From assembly GCA_002269645.1 (NCBI GenBank), contig NIVC01000551.1, forward strand, positions 124,001 through 188,000: DNA of 64,000 bases, in the 5' to 3' direction. Numbering within the stretch: the first letter of the stretch is position 1; the number at the start of each line of letters is the position of its first letter. This document shows positions 25,220-37,010 of this stretch, piece after piece. Below the pieces are notes generated by a model. The model was given only the letters and a program-made list of their open reading frames with translations. It was not told where the DNA came from and ran no database searches. The position numbers were made by a program, and so were the translations under genes. The stretch comes from Macrostomum lignano (lineage: Eukaryota).

Positions 25220-25920
25220 GGAGAGAATTTTCAATCACGTCTTTCAATAAGTCTTTCGCGTGCGTGAGCCCAACGTGGACGTTTACGTCGCCTCCCCTGC
25301 GTGCTTCGGTGCCGTCACTACCGATGGTCAAGTCGATGCGGGTGACGCCAGCCTCCTGGTTAGTAACAAACTTGGACGACCAGTCGGTCAACGCCTCCCC
25401 ACTAGCAACCTGCATGGCTTTCTGGCTGTTGGGGTGAGCGCGAGAAGTGCGAACCTGCTCAAGATGCGTCCGGAGGCTCCTGGTCTGGTCCAGCGCGCGC
25501 TGAATCAGACCGGACCTCCAGGTGCTCCTGGCAGGTCTTCGGTTGCCGTTGCCGGATTCAGCAGCGCGAACTGCCCTGTCGGGCTGGGGTCGGCCGTTTG
25601 CCTCAGCTTCTTATGATCCGGAGGAGCCTGGGCCCCAGTTCCGGTTTCGGAGGCCTCAGCATGACAGCATGCTTGGCTTCGTCAGCTTTCCGCTCCTCAA
25701 AACGAAGGATGGTCAGCTGAATCAGACCAAGGTGGATCGTGGACTTAGACGGCAAGCGCTTAGCTCAGGCGTCAAAGAGCCCTAAGATCACCGTGGCTCA
25801 CTTCTTGTAGGCGTGTTGGCGTGGTGCAAGAGCCCGTTGATCTCGAGGTCAGGGTGTAGCTTGAGCAGAATCTGCCTCAGCTGATTCACGGACTTAATGG
25901 CACTGGTCCCGCCTTAGACA
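25220..25920 (-). other. GC-rich decayed coding remnant, probably transposon-derived, family unassigned
   Basis: Codon-like open stretches broken by stops and frameshifts (e.g. GLIQRALDQTRSLRTHLEQ...RIDLTIGSDGTEARRGGDVNVHVGLTH); no diagnostic motif recognised. Confidence 0.3.
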
Positions 25921-26871
25921 TTTCAGAGCAGCAATTATCAGTGCCAGGTCCCGCAGTCTAGCTGCGTACCCTGTTACGGTCTAAGGATAACATCTTTGCC
26001 TCAGCGCCCTAGCCAGAGACATCTGATAACGCACAGGTACGCGCACCGGGATAGCCTTAGCAACTAAAGCCAAAGCTCCGGAAGGGTGACCGGCGCCGGT
26101 ACCCAGTCCGTCCATGTGGCCCTAGGGTCCAATGCACTTTGAACACTCGCGGGACGTGTACCCCTGGGGCGGCTATTAGACAGCATCCAGCCATAAATGC
26201 TTTAAAAGAGGTGGAGCATTTCTGAAATATCGCAGACTGTAGGCTTAGTCCGTCTCATATATATTTCACAGGCATTGTTCTGGAGCTGTCTATGCTTGTA
26301 ATTTTGTGTATGGGGTTTGCAATAGCCACATGTACGTTAAATTAGCTAGCATATTTATTTTGCTCCTACGTACATTCCCCAATTATTTATCGGACCAATT
26401 TCACTCTTTACTGATCGCCCACTCCATATTACGCTCACTCGTGTATTGTACGCTTTCATATTGTAGCTACTATATTGACTGTATGGGTGATGCACTTTTT
26501 CTGACACCCATAAGCAGCGCCAGCCGTCGGGAACATCCGTCGACATCACTGACGTCGGTTGTTGTACGGGTTACAGCTACCTGTACTACCATCTACTATA
26601 TGCTCAATCATGCAACTAGGCAACTGTGCATACGGCGCTGTTTACGATGACAGTGCAGTGCAGCTTTCTGCTGCTGCAACATGTTGAAAATCGTTTATTT
26701 CTTGGACTCGAAAAAGCAAGGTAGAGTAAAAAAAGCGCATGCATCGGAACTAATTTAATTTAGGGGGCAACTAGCCACGACCAGAAAATAAATTGGTAAG
26801 CAGTGAAACTTCCTTATCTACTCGCCAGCATCCGCAACAGCACCTCAAGCCACAGTTTCTGCTGTTGCAGT

Positions 26872-28625
26872 CTACGAGATCGACTTAGCCGCCGACGCTG
26901 CAGCCGACTGCAGCAGAGCGTCCAGACTGAAGCCGAGCGTCCAGCCCAGGTTGTCGCTGCCGCCAAGAGCTGTCACGGTGCCGCTGTCCGGCAGACCCAT
27001 CTGCTCCAGCATGGCGCTCAGCACAGACAGGTTAATGCAGTAGTAAGGCGTATAGGGTCCTTGGTCAGGAGGGTTGCGACAGACGGCAGCCGCGTTGTCG
27101 GCAATGTCGCCAGCGCTAATTGAGTAGGCCTTGCAGACGCCTCTTGACTCGCTTGGACAAACGGAGTCGCTGTAGGTCACTCTCGCACCTGGCACTGGGC
27201 TCGACTTTTTCAAGTACTTCACCAGGTAGTAAATGGACGATATGGCGTAGACGGTTTTCTCACCTTTGGCGATTCCTGGCTCCGTTCTGACCTTCACCTG
27301 TTGGACCAAATCCTCTGCTTGGGCGAAGCATTTCTTCACAGTTGCGGCTGTCGAACCGCTCGAGTTGTCGCGCTGGTTACCTTCGAGTTGAAGCGTCACG
27401 GAGCCGAAGCTGAAATTCAGCGACGCATTGGCGGCAATGCAGCTGCTATTGTAGGCTTTCTTAGAAACTCCAGTCCCGGCCGACTTCCCGTTTCTGTAGC
27501 CAACAAAGCGTAAGACGGATTCACGAACTCCCAATCCCAAGTAGCTCCGAGCTCGGATTCGACGACCAGTCAGCGTCGCTTTTGAGGACGACGCCCGGTC
27601 GAGTGGTGCCGACAGCTCGCCATCCGGATATTCGTAGGCCACCTGTGTACGAATTTCGGGAGAAAGCTTAGCTGCATGGTGCAAACATTGATTGAATTTG
27701 ACTACAAAGGCTTGGATTTTTAGTCATTTAAATAAAAATGAAAGTTAGCTTGACTCTGATATCAGGGTTTGACTTAGATTTTACCCTTTTTTAAGGTTTA
27801 CGAGTACATGTAGATATTGATCAGCAATTTCCATCTATCTTCCACTGCTGTGTTGCCATGGTAGTATTGGTTACAAAAAACTTCGAGTCAGCGATAGCAT
27901 CATCACAGGCGAGTACAAACCTGCGCTGAGCCTCCGCCCAGCTCCAGCACCGGCACGGTCTCCGAGATCGTGTTGGCTTCATCCAGCTTGCCCAGCATGT
28001 AGTTCACCGACAGCCAGGCGAATTTGGCCTCCTCCGGTCCGCTCAGCAACTTCGCCGAGTCGATGTCGGGCGCGAGAAAGGCCGCACTGGTGGCGAGGGT
28101 GTCCCTGACTACTCTGAGAATTCGACGCCTCGACCCGGAGTCCAACAGGCGCAGACCGGCTGTGGCGCGCAGCGCTACGCAGGTGACGGCGCGTTGCGGC
28201 TCCGGCACATCAGCCGCCGCGGCTGCCAGCAGGGCGTTCACCTGATCGCGGCTTCTGTCTGGAAAGTGTTGAAACGCTGACAGGCCGGGCTTGCGTCTGT
28301 ACCGTCGAAGTCTGAGGTGCCGCAGCTTCAGCGGTTCGTTGGGCGACTTTGGCGTTCGCTCGACGAAGAACTCGTGCAGTGCAGCTCGAGTTCCCGTGGA
28401 TCCGGCGTCCAGCACAAGAAATCTGAGCGTGTCGTTCTTGTCGACCGCTCGATGGCAGCCGGAATTGGTCAAATCCGTCGATTTCTTCCCGGTTTTAGCG
28501 TTTTGAGACTGGCTGCTGCCCACGTGCAGACATTGAAGCAGAGGCAGCAGCCACAATATCTGTACCAACGAGTGCAGCCGATGCAGGTTCATTTGTTCGA
28601 AGTGCTTTGGCCTCTGGGTTAGCAT
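26872..28625 (-). CDS. NTPDase/apyrase (GDA1/CD39 family) copy A, ~491 aa, predicted secreted
   Basis: Exons 28625-27921 and 27642-26872 (GGSAQ|VAY, phase 0). Apyrase conserved regions: LDAGSTGTR, ATAGLRLL, GPEEAKFAWLSVNY, ELGGGSAQ, GWTLG. N-terminal hydrophobic segment; no C-terminal hydrophobic tail. Confidence 0.9.
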
Positions 28626-28848
28626 GTAGCTCCTCTGATTTGTCAGCTCTCAGCTCGGTATATTGATTGTTAGGGAAAGTCAGTTTGAGTGCATGAAACT
28701 CATTAACTCACTCCTGCTGGGACTCTATGGCAAAAATCAGAGAAAACTTGTACTGTAAAGAAGCCAACGGAGCTTTAGAAATTGAAGTTTATTTTCGCTC
28801 TCCGTCGGAATTCGGCTTTGCTCTCTAAACTAAAAATAGACGAAAAAA

Positions 28849-29190
28849 TACTGAATTAAGCAGACTAAAGCAGATTTCAGAGAGCAGAGAGGCAGATTCA
28901 ATGTGATGGAGGAGGGCGGAGAGGCAGATTCAAGGATCCTGAGGTAGAGCGGAGAGGCAGATTCAAAGGTCCTGAAGGAGAGCGGAGAGGCAGATTCAAG
29001 GATTCTGGGAAGAGAGAGGAGAGGCAGATTCAAGGATTCTGGGAAGAGAGAGGAGAGGCAGATTCAAGGATTCTGGGAAGAGAGAGGAGAGGCAGATTCA
29101 AGGATTCTGGGAAGAGAGAGGAGAGGCAGATTCAAGGATTCTGGGAAGAGAGAGGAGAGGCAGATTCAAGGATCCTGAGGGGAGAGCGGA
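28849..29190 (+). repeat. Dispersed repeat with GGAGAGGCAGATTCAAGG tandem core, copy 2
   Basis: Same start sequence as 24904; expanded ~33-bp units. Confidence 0.85.
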
Positions 29191-29510
29191 GCCATTGTCA
29201 AGTAGTCATTTAAGCATGTGCTCTGTCATCAGTCATTGGCCTGGTTTGTGTAGAATCCTCGGACTGCTTTGCAAGCTTTAAAAGCTTTATTTATTCTTTT
29301 TTGAATGGTGTATAGTGAATTCGTCTATTGACACTTTAGGTTGGTGCTGAAAGGATTGACTTGGGTTGGGGAAGAATTGTTGAGATGTCAAGGCCCCCGG
29401 TAGCCTCAGAATTGCTGAGATTGCAAGGTTTGGGGGGAATAAGATATAAAGGCTGAGTTCAGAAGCTAAATGTCGTTTATTTAAAAAAAATTTTATTATA
29501 TTCTTTGTTT

Positions 29511-29540
29511 GGCTCCCCAACGGGGGTGTAGATTGCTAGT
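29511..29540 (+). mobile_element. Helitron-like 3' terminus
   Basis: GC hairpin CTCCCC-AAC-GGGGG, then TGTAGATTG, then CTAG|T. Confidence 0.45.
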
Positions 29541-30268
29541 AAACTTCATACGAGTCTAATTTAAAAAAAGCAATGGATAAATAATCAGCGGTCCCAGTGC
29601 CAGTGCGTGACAACGATTGTCTATGGCTCGCGCCGGCCCGAAGATTAGAGTATAATGCAAGAATTATTATTTTTCAGTCGTAGGACCAGTGAAAATTAAA
29701 AGTAGAAATGACAAAATTTTTGAGTTATTAATGAAAAAATACACAAAATTCACGTGAGTCTTCATATCAGATTTGATAAAGAGAAGTTGATTATAGCACT
29801 CTCTCTGTAGCTGGTGGCTCACCTCAAATGTGGACTGACTCAAGCTGACTCGAACAAGCTTATCAGATTCAGGTGCTCTCTTTGACATGCATGCATGCTA
29901 TTTTTGTCAACTCGTTCCAGAGGCCTTTTTCGACCCTTTAAACACACAGCTATTGCGCCACAACAGCCAACAAGAATTCAGCTGCAGAGGATTCGCATTG
30001 CAGAGTAAAAACAGTACAAAAATAAACATGCGAAATAAGCTGAAGTGCGCATCAAAGTATACCGACTATAAAATGCGTAGAATTACTTAGAGATCTTTTA
30101 TTTACACGTATATAAATGACTCCGTCAAATATAGGCTCAACCACATAGTATAATGCTCTAGTGACTTGATAATTGACCGATAAAGTCATATTTCTACAAA
30201 ACTCTGTGGTTTGACGCGGCACTTTTGGCAAGTTCAGCGACAACTGAAAGCAGATAAATAAACTGCAG

Positions 30269-32135
30269 ATGACGCCAAAGGCTGCTCGGAAGTCGTCTCG
30301 CTCATATAGAGTACAGCGGCCGCATCAGCCGCACTCGCTGCTACTCCTGCTGCTGCTGATGCCGCGTCTGCGGGCGCAAAACGCAGTCATTTCTGACGGT
30401 CTGGAAAGTGTTCAGGACCTCGCAGCCATCGAGAACCCGATAGATCTGTACCATTCCGGCTGCCATCGAGCGGTCGACAAGAACGACACGCTCAGATTTC
30501 TTGTGCTGGACGCCGGATCCACGGGAACTCGAGCTGCACTGCACGAGTTCTTCGTCGAGCGAACGCCAAAGTCGCCCAACGGACCGCTGAAGCTGCGGCA
30601 CCTCAGACTTCGCCGGTACAGACGCAAGCCCGGCCTGTCAGCGTTTCAACACTTTCCAGACAGAAGCCGCGATCAGGTGAACGCCCTGCTGGCAGCCGCG
30701 GCGGCTGATGTGCCGGAGCCGCAACGCGCCGTCACCTGCGTAGCGCTGCGCGCCACAGCCGGTCTGCGCCTGTTGGACTCCGGGTCGAGGCGTCGAATTC
30801 TCAGAGTAGTCAGGGACACCCTCGCCACCAGCGCGGCCTTTCTCGCGCCCGACATCGACTCGGCGAAGTTGCTGAGCGGACCGGAGGAGGCCAAATTCGC
30901 CTGGCTGTCGGTGAACTACATGCTGGGCAAGCTGGATGAAGCCAACACGATCTCGGAGACCGTGCCGGTGCTGGAGCTGGGCGGAGGCTCAGCGCAGGTT
31001 TGTACTCGCCTGTGATGATGCTATCGCTGACTCGAAGTTTTTTGTAACCAATACTACCATGGCAACACAGCAGTGGAAGATAGATGGAAATTGCTGATCA
31101 ATATCTACATGTACTTACGCTATAGCGTAAACCTTGCAAAAGCGTAAATTCTGAGTCAAACCCAGTGCTCAGAGTCAAGCTAACTTTCATTTTTATTTAA
31201 ATGACTAAAAATCCAAGCCTTTGTAGTCAAATTCGATCAATGTTAAGTGTTTGCACCATGCAGCTAAGCTTTCTCCCGAAATTCGTGCACAGGTGGCCTA
31301 CGAATACCCGGATGGCGAGCTGTCGGCACCACTCGACCGGGCGTCGTCCTCAAAAGCGACGCTGACTGGTCGTCGAATCCGAGCTCGGAGCTACTTAGGA
31401 TTGGGAGTTCGCGAATCCGTCTTACGCTTTGTTGGCTACAGAAACGGGAAGTCGGCCGGGACTGGAGTTTCTAAGAAAGCCTACAACAGCAGCTGCATTG
31501 CCGCCAATGCGTCGCTGAATTTCAGCTTCGGCTCCGTGACGCTTCAACTCGAAGGTAACCAGCGCGACAACTCCAGCGGTTCGACAGCCGCAACTGTGAA
31601 GAAATGCTTCGCCCAAGCAAAGGATTTGGTCCAACAGGTGAAGGTCAGAACGGAGCCAGGAATTGCCAAAGGTGAGAAAACCGTCTACGCCATATCGTCC
31701 ATTTACTACCTTGTGAAGTACTTGAAAAAGTCGAGCCCAGTGCCGGGTACGAGAGTGACCTACAGCGACTCCGTTTGTCCAAGCGAGCCAAGAGGCGACT
31801 GCAAGGCCTACTCAATTAGCGCCGGCGACATTGCCGACAACGCGGCTGCCGTCTGTCGCAACCCTCCTGACCAAGGACCCTACACACCTTACTACTGCAT
31901 TAACCTGTCTGTGCTGAGCGCCATGCTGGAGCAGATGGGTCTGCCGGACAGCGGCACCGTGACAGCTCTTGGCGGCAGCGACAACCTGGGCTGGACGCTC
32001 GGCTTCAGTCTGGACGCTCTGCTGCAGTCGGCTGCAGCGTCGGCGGCCACATTGACGGCAAAAGCGACTGCCGCTGCTGTCTCTATGGCAACGGTGCTCT
32101 CGATGTTGGTGCCCGCACGGATTGCGCAGCTGTAA
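30269..32135 (+). CDS. NTPDase/apyrase (GDA1/CD39 family) copy B, ~523 aa, predicted membrane/GPI-anchored
   Basis: Exons 30269-30997 and 31293-32135; same five apyrase conserved regions as copy A. Distinct N-terminus (SLLLLLLLMP) and extra hydrophobic C-terminus (AAAVSMATVLSMLVPARIAQL). Confidence 0.9.
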
Positions 32136-32546
32136 GGGTTGTTGTTGGGTCAAAAATTGCGATTTCCACTAAGTAGGAAATGGACAAAGGTATTTGTCTA
32201 TGACCGAACTTATAGAATCAAACCTGCATGGTTTGACCCTGTCAAACGATTTTACGTAACGGTTGATTGATGCGGATTTGATTTTTGCTAAAAAATCGAG
32301 CCCCAGCTGGGCACGGGCTTAATTCACAAAAAAATTAGTGGAAATCGTAATTTTTGACTGCACAAAGTATTCCTCATGTAACCTAGAATAGACATTCAAC
32401 TGTTTTCTGATGCGTTAAAGGATGCTCTTTTCAGCTGACTAGTAATTTGAATGTGCGACTAGTGATGCCAGTATATTAGCAAGATGTAGGGACTAAATGA
32501 TCACCTACCCAACTAGCAGTTATGCCGATACTGACTGCCGACCTTA

Positions 32547-32640
32547 GGAGGCGACGGAATTGGGCAGTGTAATGTCTCTCTCCGGTTGTGTGACAATATC
32601 GTCTAAAGTGCGTCAGGGTGCACGCAGCTCCTGACTCTAA
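32547..32640 (+). mobile_element. 3' fragment of the SINE family seen at 57526
   Basis: GGAATTGGGCAGTGTAATGTCTCTCTCCGGTTGTGTG...AAAGTGCGTCAGGGTGCAC aligns with the 3' tail at ~57790-57860. Confidence 0.65.
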
Positions 32641-32714
32641 TTGAGAACCAAAACCTAAGCACTCATCCTAACCTAAACCTTAGTGGGGGCATTTCCGTCC
32701 CTTAATTTCTTGTC

Positions 32715-32747
32715 GGGCGCCCCGAAAGGGGGGCACTAGATTGCTAG
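32715..32747 (+). mobile_element. Helitron-like 3' terminus
   Basis: GC hairpin GCCCC-GAAA-GGGG(G)C, then ACTAGATTG, then CTAG|T. Shares TAGATTGCTAGT with 29529-29540. Confidence 0.45.
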
Positions 32748-33526
32748 TCCTAACCTAACTGAACCTTGCTAATATTAACGAAAACGAATTGCTTTAATTC
32801 TTACATACACTCGATTGTCGTATCAGCTTGCCGTATCAGTACAAGCGAAGTTAGACGAATTAAAAAACAACAGTGCGAGTCTTGAGTTTTTGTACAGTAA
32901 AGTAAATCTTACGAACGCAAGTGAAATATGCTTACTGTAGTGGCTGTCTCATTCATAGTTTTCATAATCGATCCCGTAAATAATAATCCTGAATACTCGT
33001 AAGTAAATTTTAAAGAAATTGTTATTGTGCAATCATTATATAATATTTCAAGTAGATACTTCAGCAATTCTATGAGTAAAAGTAAGCACCTTTTTGGGAT
33101 CAAAATGTATAATTATTCATTTAATTATAGCATAAATTAGTCAGGTTTCAGCTGTGATCCTTATGTTTAATTGTAACTACCAATTAGCTAAACGTATGTG
33201 CTCTAGCAGAAGAAATGCTTCATTTTGTCACACGTTTTTCTTCCACTGTTAAGCCGAAATTAATTATAGGAGTCACATTGAGGCACTCGATTGTCACAAA
33301 AACGATTTGATTGATTTACGAAAAGTACAATGCAAAGTGCTTACTGTGGAGTAGGTCGGTATAACCACTGCATCTGGACCGGAACGCAAGGTAATTTCTA
33401 ATGTGCTACTGTCTGATGCCTACCTTATAAGATTTTATTTCATGGCTATTTCATTTTATTCATTCATTCATTTTTCTTTATTCATTCATTTTATTATTTC
33501 ATTTTGTTTCGTGTCTGCAGTCTGCA

Positions 33527-34070
33527 GCGCCAAAATGAGTGATAGTGGCCCAAAATGAGTGATAGTGGTGCCAAAATGAGTGATAGTGGCCCAAAATGAG
33601 TGATAGTGGTGCCAAAATGAGTGATAGTGGCCCAAAATGAGTGATAGTGGTGCCAAAATGAGTGACAGTGGCGCCAAAATGAGTGATAGTGGTGCCAAAA
33701 TGAGTGATAGTGGCCCAAAATGAGTGATAGTGGCACAAAATGAGTGATAGTGGCCCAAAATGAGTGATAGTGGCACAAAATGAGTGATAGTGGCCCAAAA
33801 TGAGTGATAGTGGTGCCAAAATGAGTGATAGTGGCCCAAAATGAGTGATAGTGGTGCCAAAATGAGTGACAGTGGCGCCAAAATGAGTGATAGTGGCGCC
33901 AAAATGAGTGATAGTGGCCCAAAATGAGTGATAGTGGTGCCAAAATGAGTGATAGTGGCCCAAAATGAGTGATAGTGGTGCCAAAATGAGTGACAGTGGC
34001 GCCAAAATGAGTGATAGTGGCCCAAAATGAGTGATAGTGGCGTAAAAACGAGTAAAAATGGCGCCAAAAT
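33527..34070. repeat. 20-21-bp minisatellite, probably in a 5' UTR intron of the FkbM gene
   Basis: Unit CCAAAATGAGTGATAGTGG(TG). Donor-like CAAG|GTAATT at 33391 and acceptor-like TTCCCCCCAAG at 34183. Confidence 0.9.
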
Positions 34071-34681
34071 GAAAATCTGGTCTGAATTGGCAAAATCAAT
34101 ACAATACCATGCAGCAGCACTTATTGGCAAAATAGAATATACAGTATTTTTGCTTTATTTTCACGCATTGTCTTCCCCCCAAGATGAGACCCACAGCAAC
34201 GCCTCAGCCTCCAGCCCAGACATTTGTTAGCTGCATCGGATAAAATTCAAACAATCGCGAAGAAATCGGACGACAAAATGCGAAAGCTGGCTTGACCTCT
34301 GTGAGCCTAGAGCTTTTGACAACAGTAATGTTAATCACATGCTCTCTCGTTTGCTCAGGTTGGAAGAGCTGAGAGCAGTAAGACCTCATATGGGGAGTTG
34401 TTGTACATGTACTCACCAATGTACGGCAGTCCACAGCTGAGTTGGGTTAAGAAAGGAAAGGATTCAGATTATATGCCAGACTATAGCGCACATTCAAGCA
34501 AGAGAATGAGGGGAGAAGAGAGGAAACTACACAGGGGGAGATAGGGGAGGAGAGAGGCTGTATATACTTTGCTTAACGACTGACGTGTTTCATTTATTAC
34601 AAGCGCTCAGAACCGCCAGATCAGGTGTTAGTGACAGAGTTAGATTCGTAAAGCAGAAATTAATACTTCCTGCAGCAGACA

Positions 34682-35881
34682 ATGCAAGTTATGCCCAGAA
34701 TGAAGCGTCTAACACCACTAGCTATCCTGGCTATCCTATTCATGGCAATCTACTTGCTACTGTCACCGACAACGCCCAGCGTTATACTCAGATACATTCA
34801 AGACAGAGAGTTGAACATCAGGCTTCCATTGCTGCCAGATGTTGACAATCTTGAAGAATGCGCCGCACTCAACGAGCTTCGCAACGTGAACTTCGCAGAT
34901 TCCAGACTGCAGCACCGGCTGTGCGAAGACTCGACAGCCTACAAGCTTGTCGATGGTAGATACCCATTGTGCCAGCTGAATAGGAACCTGCCAACTCAGT
35001 TCTACAGAATTGTCAGACAGGGATCCAGATTGGCCAGCATGAGGCGCGTGACTGGCGCCGGTTTCATACCAATTTACACCTTCGACAATGACGATTTGAT
35101 TTCCAAAGTGTTGCTAAACCAACAGGCCTGGGAGCCGGCGCAGATCTGGACGATGCTGAAGCTGTTGAAGAAATTTGATCCGGGCTCGGTGATATTCCTT
35201 GACATCGGCAGCAGCCTGGGCGCCTACAGTCTGCAAGTCAGAGCCGAAGGCATCCCAGTAGTGGCTGTCGACGCAAATATTCGCGCTTTAATCCGGCTGC
35301 AGTTATCGGCTAAGGAGCTCGGAGTCCTTGACGACAATTTGAAACTGTTCTGGTGCTTCATCAACGACAAAGTCGCTCTGAAACGGATCAGCTGGAGCGC
35401 AGACAACATCAGTTGCAACGCTGGCAGCGCATCGAGCGGATTATCTGGCTGGAGACAGCAGGTGAGCAAGATCATCCACGACACAATTCCCGTAATGACA
35501 GTTCGAGCTGACGAGCTCCGAGAGCACATCCATACTAAAAAAGTAATCGTGAAGATGGACATCGAGTCCGGGGAATACGTGTTCATGAAGACCGGGCGGG
35601 CACTGTTTGAACAATTCGACATCCTGGCGCTGCAGATGGAGTTCTGGCGCGGCTCGGGCGAGCCGCCGCACTCTTCACTCTACTACAAATCGGTGACGAG
35701 TTTCATGACGGCAAGGAACTACTCGCTGATATCCGCTATAGACTATCGAGTCCAGGATTTATCCACTTTTACCGAATGGGACGGCATCTGGGTTAAAAAT
35801 GACTTTTTGCACGAGGTTGTTGCACTTAACCGCGGAGAAATGGATAATATCAATGCTGCTAAACCAGCCGACAGCCTGTAA
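34682..35881 (+). CDS. FkbM-family (Methyltransf_21) SAM-dependent methyltransferase with N-terminal signal anchor, 399 aa
   Basis: TM segment LAILAILFMAIYLLL; SAM motif IFLDIGSSLGAYSL; VVAVDAN; VKMDIESGE and QMEF, as in the FkbM LKIDVEG.E...xE pattern. Uninterrupted CDS. Confidence 0.85.
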   Translation: MQVMPRMKRLTPLAILAILFMAIYLLLSPTTPSVILRYIQDRELNIRLPLLPDVDNLEECAALNELRNVNFADSRLQHRLCEDSTAYKLVDGRYPLCQLNRNLPTQFYRIVRQGSRLASMRRVTGAGFIPIYTFDNDDLISKVLLNQQAWEPAQIWTMLKLLKKFDPGSVIFLDIGSSLGAYSLQVRAEGIPVVAVDANIRALIRLQLSAKELGVLDDNLKLFWCFINDKVALKRISWSADNISCNAGSASSGLSGWRQQVSKIIHDTIPVMTVRADELREHIHTKKVIVKMDIESGEYVFMKTGRALFEQFDILALQMEFWRGSGEPPHSSLYYKSVTSFMTARNYSLISAIDYRVQDLSTFTEWDGIWVKNDFLHEVVALNRGEMDNINAAKPADSL

Positions 35882-36261
35882 GACCCGTAGCTGTCTGAGA
35901 AAGCATTCAAACCTCAAAAGCCTTCAAAAAATTCCGAGAAAGTGTCCTTAATTTTAAGTACACTGGTCCTTGGCACACGCATACACTTATCAAGACATTC
36001 TTTTTGCTTCATTGATGGACATCTACTTGCACGAGTATCACGTAACACATACATGCAACAGTAACTGTATATCAAGTTAAAATCAAATTTAATGTTTAAA
36101 TATACATGGAAACCTAATCTAAATGCTGACAAACGAGAGTTCTTGCATAATTGCATAAGTTGTTGCCTTTTTTTTACAATTTTTTTACAAATCAATGTAA
36201 ACGTATCTCCCTTTAAGAAGATAAATAACTAGCTACCGTGCACTGTTGTTAAATCGAGGGT

Positions 36262-37010
36262 CCTACAGTATGGGGTGCTGTTCAATCTATGGTTCTACAG
36301 TGTAGGGTGTTGTTTAATCCAAGGTCCAACAGCATGGGGTGCTGTTCAATCCAGGGTCCAACAGCATGGGGGCATGGGGTACTGTTCAATCCTGGGTCCA
36401 ACAGCATGGGGGCATGGGGTGTTGTTCAATCCAGGGTCCAACAGCATGGGGTGCTGTTCAATCCAGGTTCTAAAGTGTAGGTTGCTGTTCAATCCGGGGT
36501 CCAACAGCATGGGGTGCTGTTCAATCCCGGGTTCGACAGCATGGGGTGCTGTTCAATCTAGGGTCCAACAGCAGGCTGCTGTTCAATCCAGGGTCCAACA
36601 GCATGGCTGCTGTTCAATCCAGGGTCCTACAGCATGGCTGCTGTTCAATCCAGGGTCTTACAGCATGGCTGCTGTTCAATCCAGGGTCCTACAGCATGGC
36701 TGCTGTTCAATCCAGGGTCCTACAGCATGGCTGCTGTTCAATCCAGGTTCCTACAGCATGGCTGCTGTTCAATCCAGGGTCCAACAGCATGGCTGCTGTT
36801 CAATCCAGGGTCCAACAGTATGGGGTGCTGTTCAATCCAGGGTCCTTCAGCATGGGGTGCTGTTCAATCCATAGTCCTACAGTGTGGGTGCTGTTCAATC
36901 CCGGATCTTACAGTGTGGGGTGCTGTTCAATCCCGGATCTTAAACTGTGGGGTGCTGTTCAATCCCGGATCCTACAGTGTGGGGTGCTGTTCAATCCCGG
37001 ATCTTACAGC
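36262..37010. repeat. 31-bp minisatellite
   Basis: Unit CTGCTGTTCAATCCAGGGTCCTACAGCATGG. Confidence 0.95.
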
